The notes beneath the pieces are model-generated. The model ran no database searches. It worked only from the letters and a program-made list of their open reading frames with translations, and was not told the origin of the DNA. Below are positions 40,745 to 51,352 of a stretch of 64,000 bases of DNA, piece after piece. A program made the position numbers and the translations under genes. The stretch comes from Alphaproteobacteria bacterium. Its GTDB lineage: Bacteria; Pseudomonadota; Alphaproteobacteria; JANSWW01. Where the stretch lies: the NCBI GenBank assembly GCA_024743275.1, contig JANSWW010000007.1, positions 151,162-215,161 on the forward strand, written 5' to 3'. Position 1 is the first letter of the stretch; every line of letters begins with the position of its first letter.

Positions 40745-41161
40745 ATGAAGTTTTCCCACAGCAAAACGCTGGAAAATCTCAAAAAGGCGTTCGCTTTGCA
40801 GGCGTCGGCCGAACGGCGCTACCGCTACTTCGCGGAGAAAGCGGATATCGAGGGGTTCAACGACGTCGCCGCCGTCCTGCGGCAAACCGCCGAGAGCGAA
40901 CGCGCCGCGGCCGACCGGATGCTGGGCTTTTTGGAGACGGCCGGAGATCCCGCCACCGGGAAACCGATGGACGACACGAAGGCCGCGTTGATGTCGGCGA
41001 TCGCCGCCGAAATCGAGACCGGCGACAGTCTCTTCGCCGACATGGCGGAGACGGCCCGCGCCGAGGGGATGGACGAGATCGCGGACTTCTTCGAGCGGCT
41101 CGCCAAGGCCGACAAGGCCCATGCCAGCCGCTTCCAGAAGACCCTGGGCAGCCTGGGTTAG
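40745..41161 (+). CDS. Rubrerythrin/ferritin-like diiron protein (no rubredoxin domain)
   Basis: Paired ExxH-type helices (AEKADIEG..., AAEIETGD...). Confidence 0.65.
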   Translation: MKFSHSKTLENLKKAFALQASAERRYRYFAEKADIEGFNDVAAVLRQTAESERAAADRMLGFLETAGDPATGKPMDDTKAALMSAIAAEIETGDSLFADMAETARAEGMDEIADFFERLAKADKAHASRFQKTLGSLG

Positions 41162-41162
41162 A

Positions 41163-41666
41163 TCAATCCAGTGTTTCGCCGGGATAGACGCCCCACAGGG
41201 TCCGGCGGGGGACCCAGCCGGTGAAGCCGCCGGCCTCGATCTCGCACCAGGCCCCCTGACAGCCGTCGATATCGGCGATCACCCCCTCCTGGGCGCGGGC
41301 CACCACCGGGGCGGTCTCGTCGGGGCGGCGGCGCAGGCTGGCGATCTCGGCGGTGATCAGAACGGTCCGTTTCCCGGACAACAGGCTTTGGTGCAGCCAG
41401 CCCTCCTCGCCCTCATGGTCGCGGACCATCCGCCAGGTGTCGAACTCGGCGATGATCTCCATGGGAAGGCCACGCTTGAGATAGACCCAGGCGATGGGAT
41501 AGCGCACGCCGGGTCCGGTCCGCAGGTTGGCCTCCGCCGCGCGCACCGAAACGAAGCGCGGGATCGGCAGGCCGGTCTGCGCCACGGCGGCCGTCGCCGT
41601 GAACAGGAGGAGGGACGCGCTGAAGAGAAAGGGGATCGTTCCGAGCATACAGCGAAATTTTCCCAT
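41163..41666 (-). CDS. Secreted SH3b-domain protein
   Basis: Signal peptide, then two SH3b-like modules (GPGVRYPIAWVY..., ...GCQGAWCEI...). Confidence 0.6.
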   Translation of the reverse strand: MGKFRCMLGTIPFLFSASLLLFTATAAVAQTGLPIPRFVSVRAAEANLRTGPGVRYPIAWVYLKRGLPMEIIAEFDTWRMVRDHEGEEGWLHQSLLSGKRTVLITAEIASLRRRPDETAPVVARAQEGVIADIDGCQGAWCEIEAGGFTGWVPRRTLWGVYPGETLD

Positions 41667-41679
41667 TCCGGCGGTGGGG

Positions 41680-42240
41680 TCAAGACGCTGTCAGAACCTT
41701 GCGCAGGATCGGCCGGGTCGGGGAGCGCCTCGCGACCTCCTCGAACCCCGCCTCTCGGAACGCGCCCGCGAAGCCGGTCCAGGCATAGACCGGCGGGTAT
41801 TTGTCCTTGTCCGTGTCGATGGGATAGCCCTCGACGATCTCGGCCCCGCGCGATTGTGCGAAGGCGCAGGCCGCCTCCAGGAGGGCCACGGACAGGCCTT
41901 GACGGCGGTAAGGCTTGGCGACGAGGAAGCAAGCTATACTCCAGACCGGCACAGCGTCCACCGGCTTTAGCACCCGAGCGGTCTCCAGCCGGACGAAATC
42001 GCTCCGCGGGGCGATCTGGATCCATCCGGCGGGGGTGTCCCCGTCATAGGCGACAAGGCCCGGCACCGCGCCACCGTCGAACAGCGCCTTCATGGCCGCC
42101 CGGTTCGCGGCCCCCATTTGGGCATCCATCTGTTTCTTGGGCAGCCGCCACAGCATGCACCAACATCCGCCGCAGCCGCCCTTCTCCCCCATCACCGAGG
42201 CGAAGCCTTCCCAGTCGGCGGGACGAATGTCGAATGGCAT
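41680..42240 (-). CDS. GNAT-family N-acetyltransferase
   Basis: R/QxxGxG/A-like acetyl-CoA motif (RRQGLSVALLEAA). Confidence 0.7.
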   Translation of the reverse strand: MPFDIRPADWEGFASVMGEKGGCGGCWCMLWRLPKKQMDAQMGAANRAAMKALFDGGAVPGLVAYDGDTPAGWIQIAPRSDFVRLETARVLKPVDAVPVWSIACFLVAKPYRRQGLSVALLEAACAFAQSRGAEIVEGYPIDTDKDKYPPVYAWTGFAGAFREAGFEEVARRSPTRPILRKVLTAS

Positions 42241-42377
42241 GCGCTTCTCCCTTTTTCTATCCTACCCGCCAAAGCGGAAGAGGAATGGCTTCAAACTGGT
42301 CGGAAAATGCTCTAGACCCGCGCCCAGGGAATAACGCATTTTAACCGAAAGTCTTTTCGAGCAAGGAAGCGCCGATC

Positions 42378-43367
42378 ATGCCCCAAGGGACCAAGCCCGT
42401 CGTTGTCGTGACCCGCCGTCTGCCCGACGTGATCGAAACCCGCATGATGGAGCTGTTCGATGCCCGGCTCAATCTCGAGGACAACCCGATGACGCCGGCC
42501 GAGCTGATCGAGGCGGTCAAGACGGCGGAGATCCTGGTCCCCACCGTGACCGACCGGATCGATGCCCGGGTCCTGTCCCAGGCCGGCCCCCAGCTCAAGC
42601 TGATCGCCAGCTTCGGCACCGGGGTCGACCATATCGACCTGGCCACGGCCCGGCAGCGGAACATCACCGTGACCAACACGCCGGGCGTCCTGACCGAGGA
42701 CACGGCGGATATGACCATGGCGCTGATCCTCGCCGTCTCCCGCCGACTGTCCGAGGGCGAGCGGCTGGTGCGCGCCGGGGACTGGAAGGGCTGGAGCCCG
42801 ACCGCGATGCTCGGACACCGGATCTACGGCAAGCGGCTCGGGATCGTCGGCATGGGCCGGATCGGTCAGGCGCTGGCCCGCCGGGCCCGCGGGTTCGGTC
42901 TTTCGGTCCACTATCACAACCGCCGCCGGGTCCATCCGGATCTGGAGAAGGAGCTCGAGGCGACCTATTGGGAAAGCCTCGATCAGATGCTCGCCCGGAT
43001 GGACATCGTCTCGGTGAACTGCCCGCACACGCCGGCGACCTATCACCTCCTGTCGTCCCGGCGTCTCCAACTGCTGCGCAAGGAGGCGATCCTGGTGAAC
43101 ACCTCGCGTGGCGAGGTGGTGGACGAGATCGCCCTGACCAAGGCGCTGCAGAACGGTCAACTGGCCGGGGCCGGCCTGGACGTCTTCGAGCACGAGCCGG
43201 CGATCAATCCGAAGCTGATGGCGCTGGATAATGTGGTTTTGCTGCCGCATATGGGCTCGGCGACCATCGAGGGCCGGATCGATATGGGCGAGAAGGTGAT
43301 CATCAACATCAAGACCTTCGTCGACGGACACACGCCGCCGGACCGCGTTCTGGAGCAAATGTTCTAG
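42378..43367 (+). CDS. D-isomer-specific 2-hydroxyacid dehydrogenase (glyoxylate/hydroxypyruvate reductase-like)
   Basis: GIVGMGRIGQALARR NAD motif; catalytic R/E/H arrangement. Confidence 0.85.
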   Translation: MPQGTKPVVVVTRRLPDVIETRMMELFDARLNLEDNPMTPAELIEAVKTAEILVPTVTDRIDARVLSQAGPQLKLIASFGTGVDHIDLATARQRNITVTNTPGVLTEDTADMTMALILAVSRRLSEGERLVRAGDWKGWSPTAMLGHRIYGKRLGIVGMGRIGQALARRARGFGLSVHYHNRRRVHPDLEKELEATYWESLDQMLARMDIVSVNCPHTPATYHLLSSRRLQLLRKEAILVNTSRGEVVDEIALTKALQNGQLAGAGLDVFEHEPAINPKLMALDNVVLLPHMGSATIEGRIDMGEKVIINIKTFVDGHTPPDRVLEQMF

Positions 43368-43391
43368 GGAGCAGATGTTCTAGGGAGCGGC

Positions 43392-43766
43392 CTAGCTCAG
43401 GCCCTCCGTCGAAACCTCGAACCTGTCGGTGTAGAAGGCGAGATAGCCCTCGATCGAGGAGACTTCCGCCATCGGCGCCGCGTAGCACCACACCCCGTTT
43501 TCGACCGTCGATCCGTTGGCGGCGACGGACCAATAGCCGGCATCGCCCTTGAACGGGCAGTGGGTCTTCTTGTCCGTCGCGGTGAGCAAGTCCATCCGGA
43601 CATCGCGCCGGGGAATATAGTAGGCGACCGGGTAGGTCGTCTCTTCCAGCGCCAGGGCGTCGGTCGTGTCGGCGATCACCTCGCCGCCGAGCTCGATCTT
43701 GAGACGGATGTCCGCCGGGCGGATGGAAATCGGGTGGTCCGGATTGTTGTTGTGCTGCAACGTCAT
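43392..43766 (-). CDS. DUF427-domain protein
   Basis: ~124 aa with conserved YYIPRRDV and WCYAAP segments typical of DUF427. Confidence 0.55.
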   Translation of the reverse strand: MTLQHNNNPDHPISIRPADIRLKIELGGEVIADTTDALALEETTYPVAYYIPRRDVRMDLLTATDKKTHCPFKGDAGYWSVAANGSTVENGVWCYAAPMAEVSSIEGYLAFYTDRFEVSTEGLS

Positions 43767-43776
43767 CGGCGCATCC

Positions 43777-44562
43777 TCAGCTCTCGTCCGCTCCGGACCG
43801 GACCCCGCAACAGGGACAGCCCGGGTCCTTCGGCACCTTGATCGTCGTGAAGCGCGGTGCCAGCGTATCGATCAGCAGAAGTCTACCGGAAAGCGTCTCC
43901 CCCAGTCCCATTAAAATCTTCAGGGCCTCGGTCGCCTGGATCGTGCCGACGATGCCGGCCACCGACCCGAAGATCCCCGCCTCGTCGCAGCGCGGGATCG
44001 ACCCAGGCTCGGGGCGCTCCGGGAAGATGCAGCGATAGCAGGGATGGCCCGCCCCGCGATGGGGCATGAAGGTGCTGACCTGACCCTCGAAGCGCAGGAG
44101 CGAGCCGGATATCCACGGGATGCCCGCGGCGAGGCAGACATCGTTCAGAAGATAGCGGGTGTCGAAATTGTCCGACCCGTCGACCACCAGATCATAGCCG
44201 GACACCAGATCGGCGGCGTTGTCCCGGTTGATTCGTTCCGCAATGGGAATGAAGTTGATGGTCGGATTGACCGCTTCGAGGCTTTGGCGGGCGCTTTCCA
44301 CCTTGGCAATGCCCACCGACTCGGTCCGGTGGATGATCTGGCGCTGCAGATTGGAGAGGTCCACCGCGTCGTCGTCGGCGCAGGCCAGCGTTCCCACCCC
44401 GGCGGCCGCCAGATAGAGCAGAACGGGCGCCCCGAGGCCGCCCGCCCCGATCACCAGAACCTTGGAGTCCAGGAGTTTGAGCTGCCCCTCCTCCCCGACC
44501 TCGTCGAGGATCACGTGACGGGCATAGCGGTGAAGCTGATCGTCGGTCAGTTCATCTTGCAT
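43777..44562 (-). CDS. moeB: Molybdopterin-synthase adenylyltransferase (MoeB/ThiF family)
   Basis: VLVIGAGGLGAP nucleotide motif and C-terminal CxxC...CxxC zinc motif. Confidence 0.85.
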   Translation of the reverse strand: MQDELTDDQLHRYARHVILDEVGEEGQLKLLDSKVLVIGAGGLGAPVLLYLAAAGVGTLACADDDAVDLSNLQRQIIHRTESVGIAKVESARQSLEAVNPTINFIPIAERINRDNAADLVSGYDLVVDGSDNFDTRYLLNDVCLAAGIPWISGSLLRFEGQVSTFMPHRGAGHPCYRCIFPERPEPGSIPRCDEAGIFGSVAGIVGTIQATEALKILMGLGETLSGRLLLIDTLAPRFTTIKVPKDPGCPCCGVRSGADES

Positions 44563-45017
44563 TACTTTAGACCTGTCGAGCCGAAACCTGAAGCATTTCT
44601 AGAGGTTTCTGGGAGTTCGTCGACTTCGTTCAGGAGGAGTTGCGGGGCCGGGGCGAAAACCATCTGGGCGACCCGGTCGCCCGGCTCGAACGTCACCGTC
44701 TCGTTCCCCAGATTGACCAGCAGCACCTTCACCTCGCCCCGATAGTCGCTGTCGATCGTGCCCGGGGCGTTGACCACGGTGACGCCCTGGCGGGCGGCGA
44801 GGCCGGATCGGGGTCGGATTTGACCCTCCCAACCGTTCGGGATGGCGAATACCAGGCCGGTCGGAATCGCCGCCCGTTCGCCGGGCTTCAGGACCACCGG
44901 TCCGTCGAGGGCCGCCCGCAGATCCATGCCGGCTGCCCCGGCGGTCTCATAGGCGGGCAGAGGCAGGTTCGGATTGTGCGGCAGTCTCTTGACCGACACG
45001 CTGGGGAAACTGGTCAT
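44562..45017 (-). CDS. dut: dUTP diphosphatase
   Basis: AGMDLRA, RSGLAARQG, GTIDSDYRGE motifs. Confidence 0.9.
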   Translation of the reverse strand: MTSFPSVSVKRLPHNPNLPLPAYETAGAAGMDLRAALDGPVVLKPGERAAIPTGLVFAIPNGWEGQIRPRSGLAARQGVTVVNAPGTIDSDYRGEVKVLLVNLGNETVTFEPGDRVAQMVFAPAPQLLLNEVDELPETSRNASGFGSTGLK

Positions 45018-45020
45018 TCT

Positions 45021-46280
45021 CTATTCCGCGACTTCTAACGGGGATTTGTCTGTTCCGGGGGCGAAATGAGCACTGATCTCGGCGGCCAGCCGGTTGGCGA
45101 TGTCGGCCTTGTCGGCGGCGGGCCAGGGGACGCTGCCGGTGTCCGAGATCAGGGTCACGGCGTTCCGGTCGCCACCGAAGGTCCCGGTCTGCGGCGAGAC
45201 GTCGTTGGCGAGGATCCAGTCGCAGCCCTTGCGCGACCGCTTGGCCGCCGCATGCTCCTCGACCTTCTCTGTCTCGGCGGCGAAACCGACGACCAGATCC
45301 GGCCGTTTCGATGGATGACGGCTCACCGCTTTCAGGATATCCGGGTTTTCGGTCAGGTTCAGGGTCGGCAGGGTCTTCCCCTCCTCCTTCTTGAGTTTCT
45401 GGTCCGCCTCGTCGGCCACCCGCCAATCGGCGACGGCGGCGGCGCACACGGCGATGTCGGCGGGCAGGGCGGCCTCGACGGCGGCGAGCATCTCGCGGGC
45501 GGTTTCCACATGGACGGTCTCGACCCCGGCGGGGTCCGGCAGCGCCACCGGGCCGGTGACCAGGGTGACGTCGGCCCCCTGTCCGGCCAGCGCCGCCGCG
45601 ATGGCATGGCCCTGCTTGCCCGAGGACCGGTTGCCGATGAAGCGGACCGGGTCGATCGGCTCATGGGTCGGCCCGCTGGTCACGATGGCCCGCTTACCGG
45701 AGAGCGGTTGGCTCACGGCGAAGGCTCGTTCGATGGCGGTGACGATCTCCAGGGGTTCGGCCATGCGGCCCGGCCCGAACTCGCCGCAGGCCATCGCCCC
45801 CTCGTTGGGACCGGCGACCAGAACGCCATCGCCTTGCAGCGTCGTCAGATTCCGCTGGGTCGCCTTGTGGTCCCACATGCGGACATTCATCGCCGGCGCG
45901 ATCAGGACGCGCTTGTCCGTCGCCATCAGGACCGTGGAGGCGAGATCGTTGGCGTGGCCATGGGCCATCTTGGCGATCAGATCCGCCGTCGCCGGGGCGA
46001 CCACCACGAGGTCCGCCTGGCGGGAAAGCTGGATATGGCCCATCTCCGCCTCGTCGGTCAGCGAGAAGAGATCGGTATAGACCTTGTCCTCGGTCAGCGC
46101 CGAGACCGACAGCGGTGTGACGAACTCCGCACCCGCCTTGGTCAGGACGGCGCGTACGCTCGCCCCGCGCTCCCGCAGCCGGCGGATCAGGTCGAGGGAC
46201 TTGAACGCCGCGATGCCGCCGCCGATGACGAGCAGGATGCGCTTTCCCGATAAATCAGAGGACACCGCGTTGTCTTTCAT
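45021..46280 (-). CDS. coaBC: Bifunctional phosphopantothenoylcysteine decarboxylase / phosphopantothenate-cysteine ligase
   Basis: N-terminal flavoprotein domain (GKRILLVIGGGIAAFK) and C-terminal CoaB domain. Confidence 0.9.
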   Translation of the reverse strand: MKDNAVSSDLSGKRILLVIGGGIAAFKSLDLIRRLRERGASVRAVLTKAGAEFVTPLSVSALTEDKVYTDLFSLTDEAEMGHIQLSRQADLVVVAPATADLIAKMAHGHANDLASTVLMATDKRVLIAPAMNVRMWDHKATQRNLTTLQGDGVLVAGPNEGAMACGEFGPGRMAEPLEIVTAIERAFAVSQPLSGKRAIVTSGPTHEPIDPVRFIGNRSSGKQGHAIAAALAGQGADVTLVTGPVALPDPAGVETVHVETAREMLAAVEAALPADIAVCAAAVADWRVADEADQKLKKEEGKTLPTLNLTENPDILKAVSRHPSKRPDLVVGFAAETEKVEEHAAAKRSRKGCDWILANDVSPQTGTFGGDRNAVTLISDTGSVPWPAADKADIANRLAAEISAHFAPGTDKSPLEVAE

Positions 46281-46306
46281 TTCGATACACCCCGAACGCT
46301 TTGCGG

Positions 46307-47839
46307 TCAGTCCATCAGGGCCAGGATCGCGAGCAGCACGGCGATCCAGGCGATGAGGGAGCCGCGGTTGGATCGGAGACGGTTGACGATCCCGCCGACC
46401 GTTTCCGGGTGAAGGCGCACACCCTTCGGGTCCGAAAGCGCCTCCGCCGCCTTGTCGATCCGGCTCGCAAGATCGGGCAGGCGGCCGATCAGGTCAACCG
46501 CATCCCGCGCGGCATGGCCGAGGCGTGCCTCCGGCCCCCGGTTCTCCAGCACCCAATCCTCGATCAGCGGACGGGCCAGTTCCCACATGTTGACCCGGGG
46601 ATTGAGGGCCCTGCCGACTCCCTCGGCGACCAGCATGGTCTTCTGCAGCAACAGCAATTGCGGCTGGGTCTCCATTTCGAAGGTCTCCGTCACCTCGAAG
46701 AGCTGGGCGAGCAGGCGGGCGATGGAGATCTCGTTCAACTCAAGATCGATCAGCGGTTCGCCGATCGACCGGCAGGCCTGCTGAAAGGTCGCCCGGTCCT
46801 GGTCCGCCGCGATATAGCCCGCCCGGAAATGGACGTCGGCCACCATCTCGTAATTGCCGGACAGGAAGCCGATCATCATGTCGGCGAGATAGTAGCGTGT
46901 CGGCGGGTCGAGCCGCCCCATGATGCCGAAATCCACGGGCACCAAGGTGCCGTCGTCGTCGACGAACATGTTCCCCGGATGCATGTCTGCGTGAAAGAAG
47001 CCGTCCCGGAAGACCTGCAGAAAGAAGATCTCGGAGGCCCAGAGCAGGAGGGTGTCGAGATCGTGCCCCTTGCGTTTCAGGACGTCGGTCCGGTCGATCC
47101 GGGTTCCGCGCACCCGCTCCTGGGTCATCACCCGGCGGCTGGTCCGCCGCCAGTCGACGGAGGGGACCCGGAAGCGGGGATCGTCGGCGAAATTGCGGCT
47201 GAGCTCCGAGGCGGCGGCCGCCTCCATGCGCAGGTCCATCTCCAGGGCGACCGAGTCCGCGAACACCTCGACCACCGCGACCGGCTTCAGTCGGCGCAAC
47301 TGGGTGAGATAACGCTCGGCGAGATAGGCGAGATGACGGAAGAGGCGCAAATCCTTGGCGAAGCGCTCCTCGACGCCGGGACGGAGCACCTTCACCGCCA
47401 CCTCCCGTCCGTCGGGTGTTACCGCGAAATGAACCTGGGAGATCGAGGCGGCGGCCACCGGAACCTTTTCAAAGCTCGCGAACAGGTCGCCGAGGGGACG
47501 GTTGAACTCGTCCTCTATGGCGGATGTCACGTCCGCGAAGGCGAAGGCGGGGACCCGGTCCTGCAGGGCGGAAAGGTCGGCGGCGATCTCCTCGCCGACC
47601 ACATCGGCGCGGGTGGCGAGCGACTGCCCGAGCTTCACATAGGAGGGGCCGAGATCGACCAGGGCCTTTGCGAGCCGTTGCCCGCGCCGGCCGGAGCCTC
47701 GGTGGGCCGCCAGATTCTTCATCAGCCAGACGACGGCGGGGATGTCCTCCACCAGTTCCGGCGGCGGCGTCACCCCGTGCCGGATCAGAATCCGCAGAAT
47801 CCCGAACAGGCCCCAGAGCGTGATCAGGATGCGGACCAT
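46307..47839 (-). CDS. ubiB: Ubiquinone biosynthesis protein UbiB (ABC1-type atypical kinase)
   Basis: ABC1 motifs (ASIAQVH, FHADMHPGN) and C-terminal TM helices. Confidence 0.9.
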   Translation of the reverse strand: MVRILITLWGLFGILRILIRHGVTPPPELVEDIPAVVWLMKNLAAHRGSGRRGQRLAKALVDLGPSYVKLGQSLATRADVVGEEIAADLSALQDRVPAFAFADVTSAIEDEFNRPLGDLFASFEKVPVAAASISQVHFAVTPDGREVAVKVLRPGVEERFAKDLRLFRHLAYLAERYLTQLRRLKPVAVVEVFADSVALEMDLRMEAAAASELSRNFADDPRFRVPSVDWRRTSRRVMTQERVRGTRIDRTDVLKRKGHDLDTLLLWASEIFFLQVFRDGFFHADMHPGNMFVDDDGTLVPVDFGIMGRLDPPTRYYLADMMIGFLSGNYEMVADVHFRAGYIAADQDRATFQQACRSIGEPLIDLELNEISIARLLAQLFEVTETFEMETQPQLLLLQKTMLVAEGVGRALNPRVNMWELARPLIEDWVLENRGPEARLGHAARDAVDLIGRLPDLASRIDKAAEALSDPKGVRLHPETVGGIVNRLRSNRGSLIAWIAVLLAILALMD

Positions 47840-47851
47840 GACGGCGGGGTT

Positions 47852-48649
47852 TCAGATCTTGCGGGCGGAATGAACGGCCGCGATCCCGCCGGAGAGATTG
47901 CGCACCTTGCCCAGGCTGAGCCCGGCCGCCCGCATCCGGTCGAGCAGTTCGTCCTGGTCCGGGAAGCGGCGGATGCTCTCCACCAGATATTGGTAGGCGT
48001 CCCGATTCTTGGCGACGATCTCGCCGATCTTCGGGAGCAGGGTGAAGGAGTAGCTGTCATAGACCCGGTCGAAACCCGGGACCACCACATGGGAAAACTC
48101 CAGACAGAAGAACCGCCCGCCCGGTTTCAGGACCCGGGCGGCTTCACGCAGCGCCGCGTCGATATCGGTGACGTTCCTCAGCCCGAATGAGATCGTGTAG
48201 GTGTCCATGCTGTTGGAGCGGATCGGGAGGTTCTGGGCGTCGCCGTGAATCCAGTCGATCCCCTCGAAATAGCCCTTGTCGATCGCCTTGTCCCGGCCCT
48301 GGGCGAGCATCTCGTAGGAATAGTCGACAACGGTGACCGGGCCGCCGCCGCGTTCCTTCCAGCCGAAGGTGATATCGCCTGTTCCGCCGGCGACGTCGAT
48401 CAGATGCTGGTTGGGCCGGGGATGGATCCAGTCGAGGAAGGCGCGCTTCCACAGACGATGCACACCCATCGACATGATGTCGTTCATCAGATCGTAATTC
48501 GACGCCACATCGTCGAATACGCCCTGCACCAGTTTCGGCTTTTCGCGCCGGCCGACCCTGGTGAAGCCGAAATCGACGGCGTCGTCGTCCCGGGCGCCGG
48601 TCTCTGGGGCGCCGGTCTCTGGGGCTCTGGTGGGGTCGGAGACGGTCAT
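47852..48649 (-). CDS. ubiE: Ubiquinone/menaquinone biosynthesis C-methyltransferase UbiE
   Basis: [19 protein letters not shown] and [11 protein letters not shown] motifs; start set at MTVSDPT; a 15-bp in-frame duplication (APETG x2) lies near the N-terminus. Confidence 0.85.
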   Translation of the reverse strand: MTVSDPTRAPETGAPETGARDDDAVDFGFTRVGRREKPKLVQGVFDDVASNYDLMNDIMSMGVHRLWKRAFLDWIHPRPNQHLIDVAGGTGDITFGWKERGGGPVTVVDYSYEMLAQGRDKAIDKGYFEGIDWIHGDAQNLPIRSNSMDTYTISFGLRNVTDIDAALREAARVLKPGGRFFCLEFSHVVVPGFDRVYDSYSFTLLPKIGEIVAKNRDAYQYLVESIRRFPDQDELLDRMRAAGLSLGKVRNLSGGIAAVHSARKI

Positions 48650-48788
48650 GGGGGCTCCCGGACGGCGGTCGTGACGATTGCGGATTGCGTTCCTCCTATT
48701 TAGCGTGTGGCTCTCGTCGCGCAAAGCGGCAGTTCGAAGCGACCCGGTACCGATGCCACTATCCATGCTCCTTCTCTCTTCCCCCGGC

Positions 48789-48918
48789 TCGTATTCCCCC
48801 GGCTCGTATTCCCCCGGATCGTATTCCCCCGGATCGTATTCCTCGGGCTCGTATTCCTCGGGCTCGTATTCCTCGGGCTCGTATTCCTCGGGCTCGTATT
48901 CCCCCGGGGCCTATTTCC
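48789..48918. repeat. 15-bp tandem repeat array, 8 full + 1 partial copies in three variants (cccccggctcgtatt x2, cccccggatcgtatt x2, cctcgggctcgtatt x4), abutting the mutM ATG
   Basis: Read directly; located in the ubiE/mutM divergent intergenic region. Confidence 0.9.
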
Positions 48919-49749
48919 ATGCCTGAACTGCCGGAAGTCGAAACCGTCTGTCGCGGCCTCGATCCGGTTCTGACGGGCCAGGTCCTGGCCCGGGTGCTGC
49001 AGAGGCGTCCCGATCTGCGCTTTCCCCTGCCGGAAGGCTTCGCCAAGCGGTTGACCGGCCGCCGCGTGCTCGGTCTCCGGCGGCGGGCGAAATACATCCT
49101 GATGGATCTGGACGGGGGGCTCAGTCTGATCGCCCATCTCGGCATGTCGGGCCGCATGCAGATCTTCGAGCGGATGCCGGACGCATTGGGGACCCATGAC
49201 CACATCGTCTTCGAAACGGCCGCCGGGCCCACCGTCCTCTATAACGACGCGCGCCGATTCGGGATGATGGACCTATGGCCGACGGAGGCGCTGGAGGATC
49301 ATCCCTGGCTGGCGGCCCTTGGCCCGGAGCCCCTGTCCAACGCGTTCAACGGTCCCGCCCTGGCGGAGGCGCTCGCCGGGAAGAGGACCCCGATCAAGGC
49401 CGCCCTGCTCGACCAGCGTGTGGTCGCCGGGCTCGGCAATATCTATGTCTGCGAGGCCCTGTTCGAGTCCGGCCTCTCGCCGCGGCGGCTGGCGGCGACG
49501 GTCCAGGGCGGACGGGCGGAGAAGTTGGCGGCGTCGGTCAAGGACGTCCTTGGCCGGGCCATTGCGGCGGGCGGCTCCAGCCTGCGCGACTACCGACAGG
49601 CGGACGGCGAACTCGGCTATTTCCAGCACAGCTTTTCGGTTTACGGCCGCGAGGGGGAGCCCTGTCCGGGCTGCACCTGTGATAAGACGGTGCAGCGGAT
49701 CGTCCAGTCGGGTCGGTCCACCTTCTTTTGCCCGAAACGCCAGCGTTAG
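48919..49749 (+). CDS. mutM: Formamidopyrimidine-DNA glycosylase
   Basis: MPELPEVE N-terminus (catalytic Pro2) and C-terminal zinc finger [27 protein letters not shown]. Confidence 0.9.
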   Translation: MPELPEVETVCRGLDPVLTGQVLARVLQRRPDLRFPLPEGFAKRLTGRRVLGLRRRAKYILMDLDGGLSLIAHLGMSGRMQIFERMPDALGTHDHIVFETAAGPTVLYNDARRFGMMDLWPTEALEDHPWLAALGPEPLSNAFNGPALAEALAGKRTPIKAALLDQRVVAGLGNIYVCEALFESGLSPRRLAATVQGGRAEKLAASVKDVLGRAIAAGGSSLRDYRQADGELGYFQHSFSVYGREGEPCPGCTCDKTVQRIVQSGRSTFFCPKRQR

Positions 49750-49758
49750 GAAGCGATC

Positions 49759-50142
49759 ATGCGGTTCATCTGGATGCGGCCCGCGGCTTTCCCCGTCGCC
49801 CTCATGGTCCTGCTCTGCCTGGCCGGCCGGCCGGGAATGGCGGAGGACGGTTTCGTCCCCGGGACGGAGGATGTGCCCTTGGCGCCGGGACTGATCGTCG
49901 TCCCGGATTCGCTCACCGTGTTCGACGCGCCGAAGGGGCGGCTGGTCGAGGTCTATGCGGACGTCGACATCGATGGCCGATCCGACGCGGCGGCGATCGC
50001 GGCCTTTTATGCGGACACGCTGCCCGCGCTCGGCTGGCGGCGCGAGGGCGGAATCTGGGTCCGGGAAAAAGAACAATTGGATATCGCCATCGAGGGCGTT
50101 ACGGTCCGCTTCGCGTTGCGGCCATTGCGCCGCACAGAGTGA
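49759..50142 (+). CDS. Hypothetical secreted protein
   Basis: Signal peptide; native codon usage; no recognisable motif. Confidence 0.45.
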   Translation: MRFIWMRPAAFPVALMVLLCLAGRPGMAEDGFVPGTEDVPLAPGLIVVPDSLTVFDAPKGRLVEVYADVDIDGRSDAAAIAAFYADTLPALGWRREGGIWVREKEQLDIAIEGVTVRFALRPLRRTE

Positions 50143-50182
50143 TTTTCCGAGCCGCTCAACAACCCAGGAGCAGTGAGAACCA

Positions 50183-50959
50183 ATGGCTTTTGAGAACATC
50201 CTGACCGAGGTGCGCGGCCAAGTCGGCCTGATTACGCTCAATCGGCCCAAGGCCCTGAACGCGCTGAACAGCGCCCTCATCCGCGAACTCGCCGTCGCCG
50301 TCGACGGCTTCGAGGAGAATGAGGAGATCGGGTGCATCGTCGTCACCGGCAGCGAGAAGGCGTTCGCCGCCGGGGCCGATATCAAGGAGATGGCCGGCCG
50401 CGACTATATGGATGTCTACAAAGCCGACTTCATCACCAAGGAGTGGGGCCGGATCGCGCAATGCCGCAAGCCTGTGATCGCCGCGGTCGCGGGTTACGCG
50501 CTCGGCGGCGGCTGCGAGATCGCGATGATGTGCGATTTCATCATCGCGGCCGACACCGCCAAATTCGGTCAGCCGGAGATCACCATCGGTACCATCCCGG
50601 GATCCGGTGGCACCCAGCGCCTGACCCGCTTCGTCGGCAAGTCGAAGGCGATGGACATGTGCCTGACCGGCCGCAACATGGATGCGGCCGAGGCGGAGCG
50701 TTGCGGCCTTGTCTCCCGGGTCGTGCCGGCGGATCAACTGATGGATGAGGCCATGAAGGCGGCGAACCGTATCTGCTCGCTGTCTCAGCCGATCGTCATG
50801 ATGACCAAGGAAGCGGTGAACCGCTCTTATGAGACCACGCTCGCCGAAGGCATTCTCTTCGAGCGCCGGCTCTTCCACTCGACCTTCGCGACGGAGGATC
50901 AGAAGGAAGGGATGGCCGCCTTCGCCGAGAAGCGGGAAGCGGTGTTCAAGCACCGCTGA
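50183..50959 (+). CDS. Enoyl-CoA hydratase (crotonase family)
   Basis: Crotonase fold with oxyanion-hole segment [15 protein letters not shown] and catalytic Glu. Confidence 0.85.
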   Translation: MAFENILTEVRGQVGLITLNRPKALNALNSALIRELAVAVDGFEENEEIGCIVVTGSEKAFAAGADIKEMAGRDYMDVYKADFITKEWGRIAQCRKPVIAAVAGYALGGGCEIAMMCDFIIAADTAKFGQPEITIGTIPGSGGTQRLTRFVGKSKAMDMCLTGRNMDAAEAERCGLVSRVVPADQLMDEAMKAANRICSLSQPIVMMTKEAVNRSYETTLAEGILFERRLFHSTFATEDQKEGMAAFAEKREAVFKHR

Positions 50960-51088
50960 GGACGAGCCCGTGCGGGCTTTCTGCCGATGATGATGAAAAA
51001 CGCGAAGAACAGCGCTTGACGGAAGGCGCCGCGGGGATTATACACCGCGGCTCTTTCTTGAGGGCACACCGAGAGTAACAAACGAACC

Positions 51089-51352
51089 ATGGCCAACATC
51101 AAGTCCGCGCAGAAGCGCATCCGTCAGACCGAGCGCCGCAACGCGATCAACACCGCGCGCAAGAGCCGCATCCGCACCTTCGTCAAGAAGGTCGAAAAGG
51201 CCTTGGCCGCCGGCGACAAGGAAGCCGCGATGAGCGCCTTCAAGGATGCCCAGCCGGAACTGCAGCGCGGCGTCACCAAGGGCGTTCTGCACAAGAACAC
51301 CGTGGCCCGGAAGATTTCGCGGATGAACGCCGCCATCAAGGCGCTGGCCTGA
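51089..51352 (+). CDS. rpsT: 30S ribosomal protein S20
   Basis: [26 protein letters not shown]... Confidence 0.9.
   Translation: MANIKSAQKRIRQTERRNAINTARKSRIRTFVKKVEKALAAGDKEAAMSAFKDAQPELQRGVTKGVLHKNTVARKISRMNAAIKALA

Noticed and set aside
48789-48918. Possible CRISPR array (regular short repeats)
   Set aside because: The repeats are contiguous 15-mers with no intervening unique spacers, and no cas genes are present. It is a simple tandem repeat, not a CRISPR array.
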